Assembly (NCBI GenBank): GCA_965233865.1 | Contig: OZ247587.1 | Location: forward strand, 768,001-832,000 | Origin: Candidatus Neptunichlamydia sp. | Lineage (GTDB): Bacteria > Chlamydiota > Chlamydiia > Chlamydiales > Simkaniaceae | Reading direction: 5' to 3' | Length of the DNA: 64,000 nucleotides | Shown: positions 43,011-54,705 of the stretch, one piece after another | Numbering within the stretch: position 1 is the stretch's first letter | How the letters are laid out: every line of letters begins with the position of its first letter | The notes under the pieces: model-generated | Told to the model about the DNA's origin: nothing | Databases searched by the model: none | Seen by the model: only the letters and a program-made list of their open reading frames with translations | Position numbers and translations under genes: made by a program

Positions 43011-43199
43011 CTAAAACGTCCCCTGTTTCATAATGGGGTAGCAAACCTCAACGGCTCTTCTTATCGCCTCGGATATGGTGACAATTTTTCCCTCTTCCTG
43101 GGATAGTTTGATCGCCATCTTCTCGACCTTATCGAGTTGATCCTCGGACAGGCATACAGAAACTCTTTTGTGATTTCTTACAGCAACTTTTCTTGGCAT
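43011..43199 (-). CDS. Ribbon-helix-helix DNA-binding protein
   Basis: KRVSVCL strand followed by helices (ISEAIRRAV); abuts the YhcG gene. Confidence 0.6.
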   Translation of the reverse strand: MPRKVAVRNHKRVSVCLSEDQLDKVEKMAIKLSQEEGKIVTISEAIRRAVEVCYPIMKQGTF

Positions 43200-43562
43200 G
43201 GACTTTTTCGGCTCCTTGATCGGTAGTCACATGCTACTTTAATCACGCTGGATAGTCAACAAGTTGTTGAGGTTTTAAAGATTGAAAATTTTTATTGCAG
43301 AAAAATCTCTCCAAGACAATACTTTGTGGAAAATAACTAGTCATAGCTTTGAGGATTGGGTCCCTGTTTTTATGAAAGAAGTATTAGGAATTATTATCGC
43401 GGCTGTTTTACTTATTTTGTCTACATATTCTTTTTCAAGAGCTCTGTGGTTATTGGGTATTCGAGGAAAAGAAAATAGCTTTAGAAAGCTGTGGCTTGCT
43501 GTTTCTTGTTTTTTCACAAGTGCAGTTGCTGCTGTGGGATTTGTCGCATTGGTTATAAATTT

Positions 43563-44234
43563 ATGAGACAAATTAAATTTTATTTTTTAACTCTCTTGGC
43601 CATCTTAGGCTTTTCTTCTACTGCATTTTCAGAGGAAAGTTCTGAATATAAATGGGTGCCTCGCTATCTTAATTCTATAGATGGGGAAACTACTGCTGAC
43701 GAGGTTATAGACTTCCTGTTTAATGTTAGAGAAATGATTGTTAATTAGGGGTACTCTGTTCCTCTTGTTTCAGAAATTTTTGCTTCTTCTCTAGAAGAAA
43801 TAAGAACTAGATCAGGAATTTATCTAGATGAAGACTTTATTGAAGGTTTTTATGAAGAAATTATTTCTAGAGAAAATGATTCTCATTCTTTAATTTCTTT
43901 TGGTTCTCTTAAGGATAAGGCGAAAATTTTTTTGGTAAAGAAGAGTAAAAAAAGCAAAATGAAAATTTCAAATGGTTTTGCTAAAGGGTTTTGTAAGGCC
44001 CTTGGGGGAGCTCTCCTCTGTATAATCCCACACCCTGTAACTTGGGGACTTGGAACCACTTTAGCTGCATCTGGTGTTGTAGATATGATCAATCATGCTG
44101 ATGATCCTGATGGGATTACTATGGAAGAGCTAGACAGACAATTGCGCGAACGTCAAAGAATAGGAGCTGAAAATATGTCTTTTTCACCAAGGACGAGGCC
44201 TTTTAGGAATACAGAATACCCAATCAGTGCCTAG
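43563..44234 (+). pseudogene. Exported protein interrupted by a single TAG at 43746
   Basis: Signal peptide MRQIKFYFLTLLAILG; frame open on both sides of the stop. Confidence 0.7.
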
Positions 44235-44249
44235 AGGGAATATCTACTA

Positions 44250-44498
44250 TTAGAGTAGGCAGTTTCTGCACTCCTTTAAAAAGTCTCTGTGCATTGCCCT
44301 ATCCTGAAAAGCTTCCTTCGTGAACCTTCCATGCTTTGTTTTGGACTCCTTAATGCGCTTCCTACCTTCGATAGTTTTGGGACCTGCATAGGCTCCGTGA
44401 ATACGACAGACCGCTTTCCCTTTGACAGCATGCTTCTTACATTGGACACCGCTTCTTTTACTTTTTGCTCTGCATTGGGTCATTTCTATTCTTTCCAT
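44250..44498 (-). CDS. HGGxSTG-domain-like protein
   Basis: CRAKSKRSGVQC...CRIHGA.AGPKT.EGR.RI...KHG. Confidence 0.8.
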   Translation of the reverse strand: MERIEMTQCRAKSKRSGVQCKKHAVKGKAVCRIHGAYAGPKTIEGRKRIKESKTKHGRFTKEAFQDRAMHRDFLKECRNCLL

Positions 44499-44602
44499 GG
44501 GGTTCTATTGAAATTTTTTATCTAACCCCCCTTTCCACTGATGTGTGAGCCAATGATCGCCTGACCTTCATTATAGACATGATTATGCTGAACATTGATC
44601 TG

Positions 44603-45147
44603 TTAGTGAGGCCGTCGATGTTTATCGAGCTTTTCCTTAAACTCAAGAAGGAGTCGCGATAGTTTAACTCCCCGCGATTGTCGGTGGGTTCTTTTTTGTT
44701 CATCAGAACGATAGGATCCGGATATAAACTCACGGTTAGATAGGTGGTCTAAGATGATCATCTTCGTCACTATCATGAGCTCCTGCGCGTCTCTCGGACC
44801 AAGTTCTTGAAAGAGGCTCAAAACATCTGTACACCATCTCTGGAAAATTCGTTTGATTTCATCCGTATTCTTCCCCTCTAACTCGTTAGAACCTGTAAGA
44901 ATGCAGTTAATGCAGTCAACAAAGGCTGAATATGCGATCCCAATGCTATGAACTCCAAAAGTTTGAAACACCTTTGCACATAGCAAGTTCCCATACCCCT
45001 CTTCTTCAGGAGACATACAGTCTAACTCAAATTTGATACCACTATTTAGATCCATTTCAACTTTTAACCCATTATCTAAGGCTAATTTTCCTTCCCACCA
45101 GGAACAAACAAGCTGCACCTCTTCATCAGAAGGTTTAGCCGGAACTG
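44603..45147 (-). pseudogene. Hypothetical protein truncated by IS
   Basis: 171-aa ORF running up to the IS end at 45150. Confidence 0.5.
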
Positions 45148-45149
45148 TA

Positions 45150-45991
45150 GGTTGTGTTGAGAAATTTCCATGAGTGGTGCAAGCTGACTTCCTGAAGAAG
45201 GAGATCTATATGCTATACCCGCATAAAATAAATGACCACGCCTGGTCGAAACTTTACGAATATCTGAGTAATTACCCCAAAATACACACAAATAACAAAG
45301 AGAAAACTCGTTACTTTGTAGAGGCTGTATTTTGGATTGCCAAGAGCGGAGCACAATGGCGTTTGCTACCAAAGGAATATGGAGACTGGAATGCCGTCTA
45401 CCATCGTTTTGCAGACTGGGCTGAACATGGTGTGTGGTACAAGATGCTCTACTATTTTTCAAATGATCCAGACATGGAATATATTATGATCGACAGTACA
45501 GTCCTCCGCGCTCATGCCTGTGCCGCAGGAGCCAATAAAAAAAACCGGAGGTCAAGACGAGCAGGCCTTAGGTCGGTCCTGCGGAGGTTTTACGACTAAA
45601 ATCCATAGTATCTGTGATGCATTAGGTAATCCACTTGATTTTATTTTAACAGGTGGTCAAGCAGCTGATTGTCATCAAGCTATTCCTTTGCTCAAAGGTA
45701 GGGATTACAAAAGATTATTGGCTGACAAAGGCTACGACAGCAATGCAATCATTGATCATGTAAAGAGCATCGGAGCTGTTGCCATCATTCCCTCAAAGAA
45801 AAATCGCATTGATCATCGAGAGCATGATAAAGACATATATAAAGAACGACACAAAATCGAATGTTTATTTGGCTTCCTCAAACATTATAGACGATTGTTT
45901 TCTCGGTTCGAGAAGTTAGCATCAAGGTTCAAGGCATTCCTTCATTTTATCGCGGCTCTCCAATGGTTAAAGTAAATTTCTCAACACAACC
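45150..45991 (+). mobile_element. IS5-family type B element, second copy (A8 slip site)
   Basis: Same TIRs and TA flanks as 13927-14769; ORFs 45174..45599 and 45514..45975. Confidence 0.95.
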
Positions 45992-46018
45992 TAGTGTTAC
46001 TCTTTTTCTTTGCCATGA

Positions 46019-46360
46019 TTATCTCCTTGCTTGATGAGCCCTTCCGGATATCATTTTTCGAGCCTCCATTTTAGTCATATTATCTGTGATATTAACGCCG
46101 TTAGCTCTGAGCCAACAGACCTGTTTAACTGTTGCCGGCTCGTTGAATTTGCTATCTAAAAGCTGGGAAGCACGACCCTTGGAAATGTCCTCGTCAAAAT
46201 AAATCCCACATTTGGAAAGAGCCTCCTTCTGTTTTTGGGTAGCGGGCTGTGTTCTCCACGCAGCATCTTTGCGAGCCCATGCGCTTTTCGTGGTTTGTTT
46301 CCTCGCCCAATCCTCAGCAACTCCTAGAGCATAGTCAAGAGGAAGCGCTCTTCTTGAAAG
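46019..46360 (-). pseudogene. C-terminal remnant of an SF2 helicase-like protein
   Basis: WRTQPATQKQ, ISKGRASQLL, PATVKQ, MTKMEARKMI repeats. Confidence 0.5.
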
Positions 46361-47029
46361 ATTGAAGATTTTCTTACGGTTTTTACGGCAATCATAGACC
46401 CCATCGAGGCTCATGGTGGATCCTTTAATGTTGAACCCCACAGCCTTTGCCATACTTTTCAATGGGCCCATTGCTTCACGCATGAGGGGAGACTCATTCT
46501 TGTTGCCTCGTGCGAAAATCATAGGCGCTATAACATTGCAGTTGCGATCACATAGAGCGACAACCTTATCGCCTTTCATGTGTTTGTGACCGTTGAAACC
46601 TATATTATCGCCCCTTTTTTAGCCGTTGTCGTGCTACCATCTCCGTGAATCACATCGGTATCTAATAATTTTTTTGAAAACAACTGCTGAACGGAACCCA
46701 CAAAGATCTTTTCGAAACAGTCATCTCTATGCCAGCGTTGAAAGGTGCGGAATATGCGAGTGTGGTGGATTTCCGGCTTGCCAGATGCATCTTTGTTAAT
46801 GGGGATTTCTTCCTATTGACAACCGGTATGCATCAACTTCAAAATGTAGTTGAAGAGACGGTAAAATCACACCTTTGTCTTAGATCCTCTCGATCTTTCC
46901 ATGAGGTGGGGCAAGACAAATTGGTCAAACTCCTCTCGTGACAGATGGGTCGGAATGCTTTAGTATTTCTTGCTTCTACTCATTTTTACTCCTATACGAA
47001 GCTGAGGTTACAATCCATCTGCAATCAAA
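46361..47029 (-). mobile_element. IS5-family type A element, 5' half without its left TIR
   Basis: Matches 40768-40903 and 40904-41040 and supplies the DDE core missing from that copy. Confidence 0.85.
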
Positions 47030-47939
47030 CCGCTTTTAATCCTTCAAAAGAGGGAACGCAGTAATCAATAGGGATCTCTATTTTTTCGAGAACATCTTTT
47101 GCATCGATATCAAGAGCTAATTTTATCCTGATTAGCGGGCACCGATCATGAATATCCTTGATGACGGTTGGAATGTTCACTTTTGATGAGGCTGATAGAA
47201 CTGGTGTGGTTTTCACCAAGGATTCCCAAATAGTACAGGCTGTTGCCATTCCTTCTGCTATCCAAATCTCACCCTTGTTTTCGAGATCCCCAAGAGAAAA
47301 AAAGCATCCTGCAGTTCTTGATCCCTTATGAAAATATTTTCTTCCAAGATTTATGTACTGAATCCCTCGAAGCTTTCCATCAATGTTTCTATAGGGAACA
47401 ACAACCGAATCATTCCCTTTTTCATCTTTTCCGAATCGTATTCCAGGGCAGCTTTTTACTTGCTTCTTTTTGAGATAGGGGTGGTTTCCATCTTTCTTGG
47501 CCCTGTCCCACGCCTTCTGCAAAAAAGAGAAGTCTTCACTGGTATTGTTTCTTTCAATTTTATCAGGAGAGACCTTTCGATGAATCGATTGTATGGTTTC
47601 AGAGTTGAGGGTTCTTCCATTTTGATGATAGTTTGTTAAAGAAGCTAATTCTTCAAGAATTTTTGGAAATTCCCCCTTGAGGTTTAAACCCATAGACAGA
47701 CCATACAGATCGATTAAGCTTCCTTCAGCGCCACAGCTATGACACTTGAAGCATTTTTGTTGTTGGCTGATAGATAGGGATGTTGGATTATCGCCTCCAT
47801 GAATGGGGCAATAATCTCGGACTTCCCCCCCAGAAATTTTGGGTTTGCTTTTTTCATACCCGATGATTCTAAGAATGTCTAGAGGATCCAACCATTCGTT
47901 AAGGTCTTTGGCTTCTATTTTATGCGCTGTAGTTGTCAT
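47030..47939 (-). pseudogene. CHC2 zinc-finger / TOPRIM primase, 3'-truncated by IS
   Basis: CPIH...CHSC zinc finger, HPYLKKK, IAEGMATA, LDID. Confidence 0.85.
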
Positions 47940-48241
47940 TTCTCTCCATTAATAAATCGCTCTAACTCTTCCATAGATATTCTCCAACTCCCGGCCTTAT
48001 TCAACTGGAAGGCCTTTAAGGACCCAGACTTTATTGCCCTACGGATTGTATCCACATGTACATCTAACATCTGGGCGGCTTCTTTTATAGTTACCACCCT
48101 TTTTCCCATAGAATGGACTATTTTTTCCAGTTCTTCGATACGATCGGGAGGGAGCTCTTTGAGATCCTTGGCAAGTTTGTCTAACCGCTCTTTTATGCTG
48201 CTATTTTCGTCATCACTCGATGAATCGATCCGTGATTCCAC
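47936..48241 (-). CDS. Excisionase-like helix-turn-helix protein
   Basis: TIKEAAQMLDVHVDTIRRAIKSGSLKA...WRI. Confidence 0.85.
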   Translation of the reverse strand: MESRIDSSSDDENSSIKERLDKLAKDLKELPPDRIEELEKIVHSMGKRVVTIKEAAQMLDVHVDTIRRAIKSGSLKAFQLNKAGSWRISMEELERFINGEK

Positions 48242-48583
48242 TTCGAGCCTCCTCTGTTAAACGCCCCTCTTCTATTCATTTCTGCGGCGATCTTTCGTGT
48301 GCTAAGACCTTCTTCCATTAGATCCTGAATCTGCTTTAGAATTGCCTTTTCTCTCCCGTCTTTTTCGATATGGACACCATCTTCAGCGAGTCGATACCCA
48401 AAAGGAATATGCCCCACGCGTTCATTCTTTTTCTTTTTAGCCTGCATGGCTGCCCGTGTTCTCTCACATATGATATTGCGCTCGAATTCTGCAAAGGCGT
48501 CGATCATTCTCCTCATAAAAACTGAGGAAGGGTTATTATCCTCTGTGCCTTCTCCTGCTGCTGATACAATTCGAGCTCCTTTA
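48193..48583 (-). pseudogene. Serine recombinase/resolvase, 5'-truncated
   Basis: AFAEFERNIICERT, GHIPFGY, STRKIAAEMN. Confidence 0.85.
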
Positions 48584-48588
48584 TTTTC

Positions 48589-49056
48589 ATGCTCTTTGGA
48601 TACATTACAGGTGTCCTTTCATTGCGTTTCCTTCAAAAAATAAAAGATATACTACTCCTCAAGTTGGGGATTTTGGTCTCGCTGTTTTCTTCTATTCTTC
48701 TATGCTTAAATGCGACCTTCCTTTCAGGGATTTCTATCTACACCAATTCCGAGTTGGTCTTACTGTTTTGTTTTAGTTTTGGATACGGATTTATTGTGCC
48801 TTGCATGTTTTCTATGTTATCAAACAATTATAAAGATGTGCATTTTCAGGGAAAGCTTTACGGGTTAATAGAATCTGGCGACAACTTATCTTTTGTGTCC
48901 GCATTCTTCATTGGCAAACTGTTTATTTTCCTTCACTTCAAAAACATTTTTATTTTTATTGCTTCCCTTTTGGCGTTTGTTACAGGTGAACTCATAAGTT
49001 CAAAATTCAAGGGTTCGGGAAAATTGTATGGAAAAGTTATTAATCAAAGGCATTGA
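48589..49056 (+). pseudogene. MFS transporter C-terminal fragment
   Basis: Multiple TM helices, QGKLYGLIES. Confidence 0.65.
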
Positions 49057-49999
49057 AAGTGAAGCTCTAAGCTTTATTAGACATGGAATTTCTTGCAATT
49101 GTCTAGTATTCCTATCAAAAAGCGAATTGTAGGACGACTTATCAAACGGAAAATGTGTCAGTGAATTCAACTTTAAGAGCTCAGATTTATATCCTGCTTA
49201 CCATTCTGCTTTTCTAACCTTAATCCAAGACGGTGTAGTTACTTTTTCAGATGAGGGATATCAACTTTCTGAATTGGGACATTCTTTAAAAAATTATCTT
49301 GGGCTTATCAATATGCTGTTTGATGGATACTCCGGTTTGATGAGTCAGCAGAGCTCTATTTCTAAAAATTCAAAAAACTACGATTTTCCAACTTTGTTAA
49401 ATGGAGAAGCCATAGCTGAATCTTCTATAAGATTTGGTGAAAAAACTGTCGATCCCTTTCTTTTAAAAGAGTTTTCAAAACTTAAGTTTTCTGGTACAAT
49501 CTGTGACTTGGGATGTGTTCTTTGCACAAGATTGTCTAAAATTTGCAAGCTAACAAACCACCCTGGCTTAGGCTTTGATAATATCCCAGAAGTAATCGAA
49601 GATGCCATCAATGCGTCTGTCGATGATAAGCTAATCTCATGCGAGTGCCACGATATTAAAAAGTTAGAGGGAATATGGGAAGATGTTGTAGTTCTGATGC
49701 AATGCTTCGTATTTCACGATTTTGTTCCGGAAATTAGATGTAAAGGTGTAATTGATTCTTATCTAAATAATTTCCCTAACTTAAAAAATTTCTTCTACGT
49801 TGATATTGTAGCTCCTTCCCAATCTCAACAAGATATGATGCCAGGTTTTGATTATGTTCATGGCTTGATGAAAATAAAAACAAGAACCTACGAAGAAACA
49901 ATTCAGATGTTTAAAGATTCCAGGTTTGAGGTTACCAAAGAAACTCCTATTCGTGGGTTACCAAATACATTTTTATGGATTTTATCACCTAAAATGTAA
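49028..49999 (+). pseudogene. Class I SAM-dependent methyltransferase with an in-frame TAG at 49130
   Basis: CDLGC motif I, FVFHDF, FDYVHGLM; ATG at 49028 is in frame with the 49274 ORF. Confidence 0.75.
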
Positions 50000-50038
50000 C
50001 ACTGTTAGCATAATATTTACAGGAGAAAAAAAGCGGGT

Positions 50039-50311
50039 ATGAAACTAAAGAGATCGATAAACCAGACACGAGAGTTATATTTAGAAGGACAAGAGATAAG
50101 GAAAGAGGAGGCCAGAGAACCCTTGTTGATCCCTATAATTCCATTCGTACTAACTCTCCTTGTTGGTTCAATTATAGGATATTTCGCCGGATACGCCTTT
50201 CATCAAAGGCCATCTTCTGGAATTATAACGGGATTAGCGGCTGCCTCTATTATTTTCATTGTTGTGCAGCTAGAGCGCAAAAAATCAATTAGAAACCGTC
50301 AAAGTCACTAA
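50039..50311 (+). CDS. Small membrane protein
   Basis: 90 aa, two TM helices, upstream AGGAG. Confidence 0.5.
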   Translation: MKLKRSINQTRELYLEGQEIRKEEAREPLLIPIIPFVLTLLVGSIIGYFAGYAFHQRPSSGIITGLAAASIIFIVVQLERKKSIRNRQSH

Positions 50312-50367
50312 CGTCTTCATAATCTTCGATCACGTTCAATGTAACACTGTGTTACATATTCCTAACC

Positions 50368-50715
50368 TTAACAAGGAGAGGAGTTTAAACTTAATGTTAA
50401 AACAGAAACAAATGAAGCCATTCCTAAAAATCCCCATAGGAAAAGGTATTTGATCGAAACTTTTTTAAACGACACAATAAATCCGGCAACAAGAGAAATT
50501 GCCCCCAAAATTACTGAGGCTCCAGCTAGAAAAGAGAGCTTCCAGCCTAGAGTTGCATCAACTACAAAAGAAACCGCACCCGCAAAGAAAAGGGTAAATG
50601 CTGAGATAAATATCAATCCTGTCCAACAAAAAATGGAATGCCATTTCTCCTCATCTCCTTCCTTTTTAGGTCGAAGAAATCCCACAACGATGACAGATAG
50701 AAAAAGAATAGCCAA
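50368..50715 (-). CDS. Small membrane protein, possibly a fragment
   Basis: Four hydrophobic segments. Confidence 0.45.
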   Translation of the reverse strand: MAILFLSVIVVGFLRPKKEGDEEKWHSIFCWTGLIFISAFTLFFAGAVSFVVDATLGWKLSFLAGASVILGAISLVAGFIVSFKKVSIKYLFLWGFLGMASFVSVLTLSLNSSPC

Positions 50716-51052
50716 AAATACAGCCCCAAACTTCAGCGCTAGTGATTGTCAAGGTAACAACGAAAAACATTTAAATGACTGCAAAATAGTTACATCCGTA
50801 GTTTTTTCTCAAAAATCTCAAAGAATGGTTTTATTCTCTACCTTTTACAAAAACTTCCGATCGTAGTCAACCCCAAGGTTGTTTCAGTCAAAAACGTTTT
50901 AAACAGTACTAAAATCGACTAATTTATGTTTAGCTACACCTAAGTACACCTTAACTTAGTTTATCAACTCACAGGCTCTTAAAACACTTTTTTTTTAAGT
51001 GTTCTGTTGCCAGTATCTGTATGGTTCAAGCTTAAGTTAACAAAGGGATCCA

Positions 51053-51961
51053 TTATTTTATGTAGAGGATGTTTTTTGAGAAGTTTATGTAGATGACATG
51101 CTTTTTAATAAAGTCCATGCCTAGAAACCCATCGATATCTCTCAGCTCTTCCGTCATCTTGAGAAAGTATAGATCTTTACTCCCAAAATTAGTTTTGTTG
51201 ATGGTAAATTGAGAAGTCATACATTGGGGAATGCCATAAGGACTCATTTTTTTCTCTATGTCTTTAGGGTAGAGAGATTCATGCATTGTCGTCAAAGTGA
51301 ATCCTGTATCTAGTAAAAACCTCATTTTCCCTAAATCTGTATCTACTTCAATAATTATCCCTTTAGGACTAAGCTCAAAGGGAACTTTTTCAAAAGTCTC
51401 GAGATCATACCCGGCTTTCTTAAGGTTTTTGATGTTACCTGCAAAAATTATTTTAGAAGATTCCATATCTAGGAGAAGGTTGACTTTCTTCAAAAGCCCT
51501 CTCCCTATATGTCCAACGACTTCAGGAATGCTCTTTTCTCGATTTGGATCTTCCCAAATAATAGTTCCTTCGCTTTCCTTCGAAGGAGATTCAACTATAA
51601 TAGGATTTTTAAAAGTTAGTGATCCAATTTCCACCTTTGGAAGGGTGAAAGTTGGATGTTCAAACTCCGTTCCTCGAAAGTTCTTCCATTTTTCAGTTCC
51701 ATAAGGACGCTTATGAATTTTCTTTAGAGTATCCGAATAGATTTTCATCTCCAAGCGTGACCCTAAATCAACTTCTAAAGGAATGGTTACACCATCAATT
51801 TTAACATACACATAAGGTGTTTTCGTGTCCTCAAATTTTACAGGAAGTGCGATATAGTAGATTTGCTGCTTGAAAAAAATAAAAAAAACACTTAACACGA
51901 GGCTCACTATTAATAGAATGAATGAGATTTTTGCGTATCTTTTTCTAGCGATGTTTATCAT
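51053..51961 (-). CDS. Membrane-anchored tandem retropepsin-like aspartic protease
   Basis: EVDLGS...HIGRGLL and LLDTGF...GFLGMDF. Confidence 0.8.
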   Translation of the reverse strand: MINIARKRYAKISFILLIVSLVLSVFFIFFKQQIYYIALPVKFEDTKTPYVYVKIDGVTIPLEVDLGSRLEMKIYSDTLKKIHKRPYGTEKWKNFRGTEFEHPTFTLPKVEIGSLTFKNPIIVESPSKESEGTIIWEDPNREKSIPEVVGHIGRGLLKKVNLLLDMESSKIIFAGNIKNLKKAGYDLETFEKVPFELSPKGIIIEVDTDLGKMRFLLDTGFTLTTMHESLYPKDIEKKMSPYGIPQCMTSQFTINKTNFGSKDLYFLKMTEELRDIDGFLGMDFIKKHVIYINFSKNILYIK

Positions 51962-52411
51962 CTAAAAACTTATTGTTCCCCCTACTCTTACTTCTCCACT
52001 GGTGTTTCCATCTTTATCTTGGCTAACGCTACCACTTGCAGATCCTGAAATGGTTCCATCCTTGCTGCTAATATCTACTTCAACTTCAGCGCTTTTATTT
52101 CCTTCTGTATCTGCGCTTCCAGAAATAGAAACCTCTCCATCCACTTTGTCTCCACAAAGAATCACATCTGTATGAAAGTTCCTTTCAGAGCACTCTTGAG
52201 TGGTAACAGTTGAGATGGTTGTTTTCCCTTGTTGCATATTCCCCAAGCTCATTGGATACAAAAGAGCGGCTTTTCTGACTTCGTCAATCTGAGGATTATT
52301 CTGAGATGTGCAAAGGCTACGGCCATTCCACAATGCCTTATTTTCTTCTTCAAAAAGACTCTCTCCAACAAATTGCTGAATGGTTTCAGGTTCAATGCTT
52401 TCTATAGACAC
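51962..52411 (-). CDS. Hypothetical protein
   Basis: 149 aa, Gly/Ser-rich beta-strand C-terminus; abuts the protease gene. Confidence 0.55.
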   Translation of the reverse strand: MSIESIEPETIQQFVGESLFEEENKALWNGRSLCTSQNNPQIDEVRKAALLYPMSLGNMQQGKTTISTVTTQECSERNFHTDVILCGDKVDGEVSISGSADTEGNKSAEVEVDISSKDGTISGSASGSVSQDKDGNTSGEVRVGGTISF

Positions 52412-52637
52412 CCTACTTTCTCCTTATGTGAGTTACTGGAGAGGCAATAGTATCCATATAATTGATTTGAATCAAGTGTCTGATTGGTACACTCTTTTTG
52501 AGTTGGGATTTCTAAAAGGGTGAATTTGGCAGCCCCGTAGTTAAAAACGAAGGGGCGCAAGCCAAAGAGGGCAACGCCATTATACTTATACTATAACGTT
52601 GAACTTTTTTTTGGATTTTCTCTATGAAAGAAAGGAA

Positions 52638-52679
52638 AAGCTTGTAACCCATCTATCGTAAGCTTGTAACCCATCTATC
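52638..52679. repeat. 22-bp-period tandem repeat (iteron-like)
   Basis: AAGCTTGTAACCCATCTATC at 52638 and 52660. Confidence 0.8.
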
Positions 52680-54148
52680 TAAACATTGATACTCAGTGAC
52701 TTTTCTTCAATTTTCTTTTTTGAGCCGATGTTTTCCCTTTGACGCTTTGTTTTGTCCTGATTTTGCCCTGCTCTATCAAGAAAGTGGATGGCTTTTCATA
52801 TGATTCACCTAGGGAGTAATGGTCTTTTTCTACACATTCCAAAACTTTGGGGGCATCCCCATTTTCAGACCATCCTCTTAAGACTGCTTCCTTATATTTG
52901 ATTGGAATATTTGCTTTTACAAGAAGCCTGTCCCAGTCTTCATCACCAATCTTTATGCACTTGTGTTGATAAAACTCTTTGGATTTATCTGAGAATTCTT
53001 CAAGTAAGGTCATTTGCAAGTAGTATAAAGAGGCGTGGTATTGAGTTGGGGCGATTCCTTTAACAGGGGGTGGCAGAGTTGCCATGGGAATCAGGAGCAT
53101 CCCAGTACAATCGACCTCCCCTTATGCGACGAGAGTCGGAAGAACCGTTAAAATAAGGCCATCTTCTCTTCCTGTTTTTTGGCTTCTAAAGTCTGCAATC
53201 CCTTTTAATTTTTGCTCAAAAGGGAGGGAAACAGCATACCTAAGGGCTTTGTGACCAACGACCGTGTTAATCTTTCCTACCCCTCTGAAAACTTTGTCAT
53301 GAAGAGTGTTTGGCACTAGTGGTATGTCAATTGTCCCAACTATATCTATTCCTTTGACTAGATTGATGGCGTCGGGATTTGAAGAGACGTCTTTCTTTGC
53401 GTTGATGATTGAACTAAGTGTTTTAAATGTTGGTTTGACGGTGCTTGGAGGGTACTTTCCGTCAAAAGTGATTCTTTTTTTTACTTTGTCTTCCCATAGG
53501 ATTCGGGCAAATCCTAAGAATGCAGCTGAATGAAAAAAATGCTCATCTTTTCCTCTTCCTTGAGTTTTGAACCAAAATTCGGATGAAGCACCCACGTCTC
53601 TTTCTTTAATTTTTTTAGCCTGCTTTTTGCCTCTCTTCCCAGTAGATTCTAAAAATTTTAGATAGATCCCAAGCGGCCTGAAAATTTTCTTTTCGTTAAA
53701 GCACTCTTTGTCTGCATTCGGGTTATCTATTTCGATAATGTTTAGAACCGAATCTCCTCCTCCATTTCCTTTAGCACTCTGGTCTAATGAGTCTATGGCA
53801 TCTTGCATCAAAGGGATGGGGAATAGCTTATCTCCCATCTCATTAAACGAATTGCATGTTTCACGTGCTAATAAGTCTATTGATGAAGAAGGGATTTCTT
53901 TTGTTTTGTGTTCGTTTTCGAGAATCCTTCTAGACAAGTCATGGTGAAAAGCTAGTGGGTCTTGAGATTTAATGGCTCCGAAGAAACTCTTGATGAGTTG
54001 AAAAAGGATGTGTGGTGGAAGTGACTCTTTTGATGTTTCAAGCTCAATGCATCTAAGTATGTGCGCCAACTCTATAGTTCTCTTTCCATAGACTTGTTCG
54101 TATAGATTTTTTGACTGTGCATCTATTGGAGTAAATCCGTAAGTTTCA

Positions 54149-54705
54149 ATCTCTTTGGGTTTGATTCCCCGCAGCTTGCTGCGTAAAAGCTGAACAAGTA
54201 TAGTTTTTTGGCATGAGTGAATATATTCATAAAAGTCATAATGTCTCAGTTTTGATGTACCACATAGTTTGTCCGGCCAAATACAGGAAAGCGGTATTTG
54301 ACAAGAGTGTTGATGAAGAAATTAAGGTCATATGCCTTGAAATTTCAAAGAGATATGAGATAAATTTTTTAGAGATCGGTGTTGATAAGGACCATGTTCA
54401 CTTTCTGATACAATCAGTTCCGATGTATAGCCCAAAAAAAACTGTTCAGCTAATAAAAAGCATCACGGCAAAAGAGATTTTTTTGAGAAGGCCTGAAGTA
54501 AAGAAGATACTTTGGGGAGGGGAGTTTTGGAGTGATGGATATTTTATAAGTACCGTGGGGAAGCATGGGGACGAGGAGAAAATAGGAAACTACGTCAAAA
54601 ACCAAGGAAAAAAAGACTATAAAAGGTTACATCAGCAACTGGATTTTTGGAGCTAAGCAAAACCACCTGACAGATGCCCCGTAGCTCTGCTGCGGGGAGC
54701 CTTCA
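54149..54705 (+). mobile_element. IS200-type element (tnpA only), second copy
   Basis: 557 bp, terminal hairpins, TTCA at both junctions. Confidence 0.92.
54213..54656 (+). CDS. tnpA: IS200/IS605-family Y1 transposase TnpA
   Basis: HUH (DHVH) and Tyr motifs; near-identical to 2424..2867. Confidence 0.95.
   Translation: MSEYIHKSHNVSVLMYHIVCPAKYRKAVFDKSVDEEIKVICLEISKRYEINFLEIGVDKDHVHFLIQSVPMYSPKKTVQLIKSITAKEIFLRRPEVKKILWGGEFWSDGYFISTVGKHGDEEKIGNYVKNQGKKDYKRLHQQLDFWS

Noticed and set aside
46019..46579. Transposase-helicase fusion protein
   Set aside because: Chance in-frame junction of two fragments at 46361
43746..49132. Stop-codon reassignment of TAG or TAA
   Set aside because: Backbone genes end normally at TAG and TAA (clpB, truA, glyQS); in-frame stops are limited to decaying accessory DNA
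52638..52679. CRISPR array
   Set aside because: Only two contiguous units, no spacers and no cas genes
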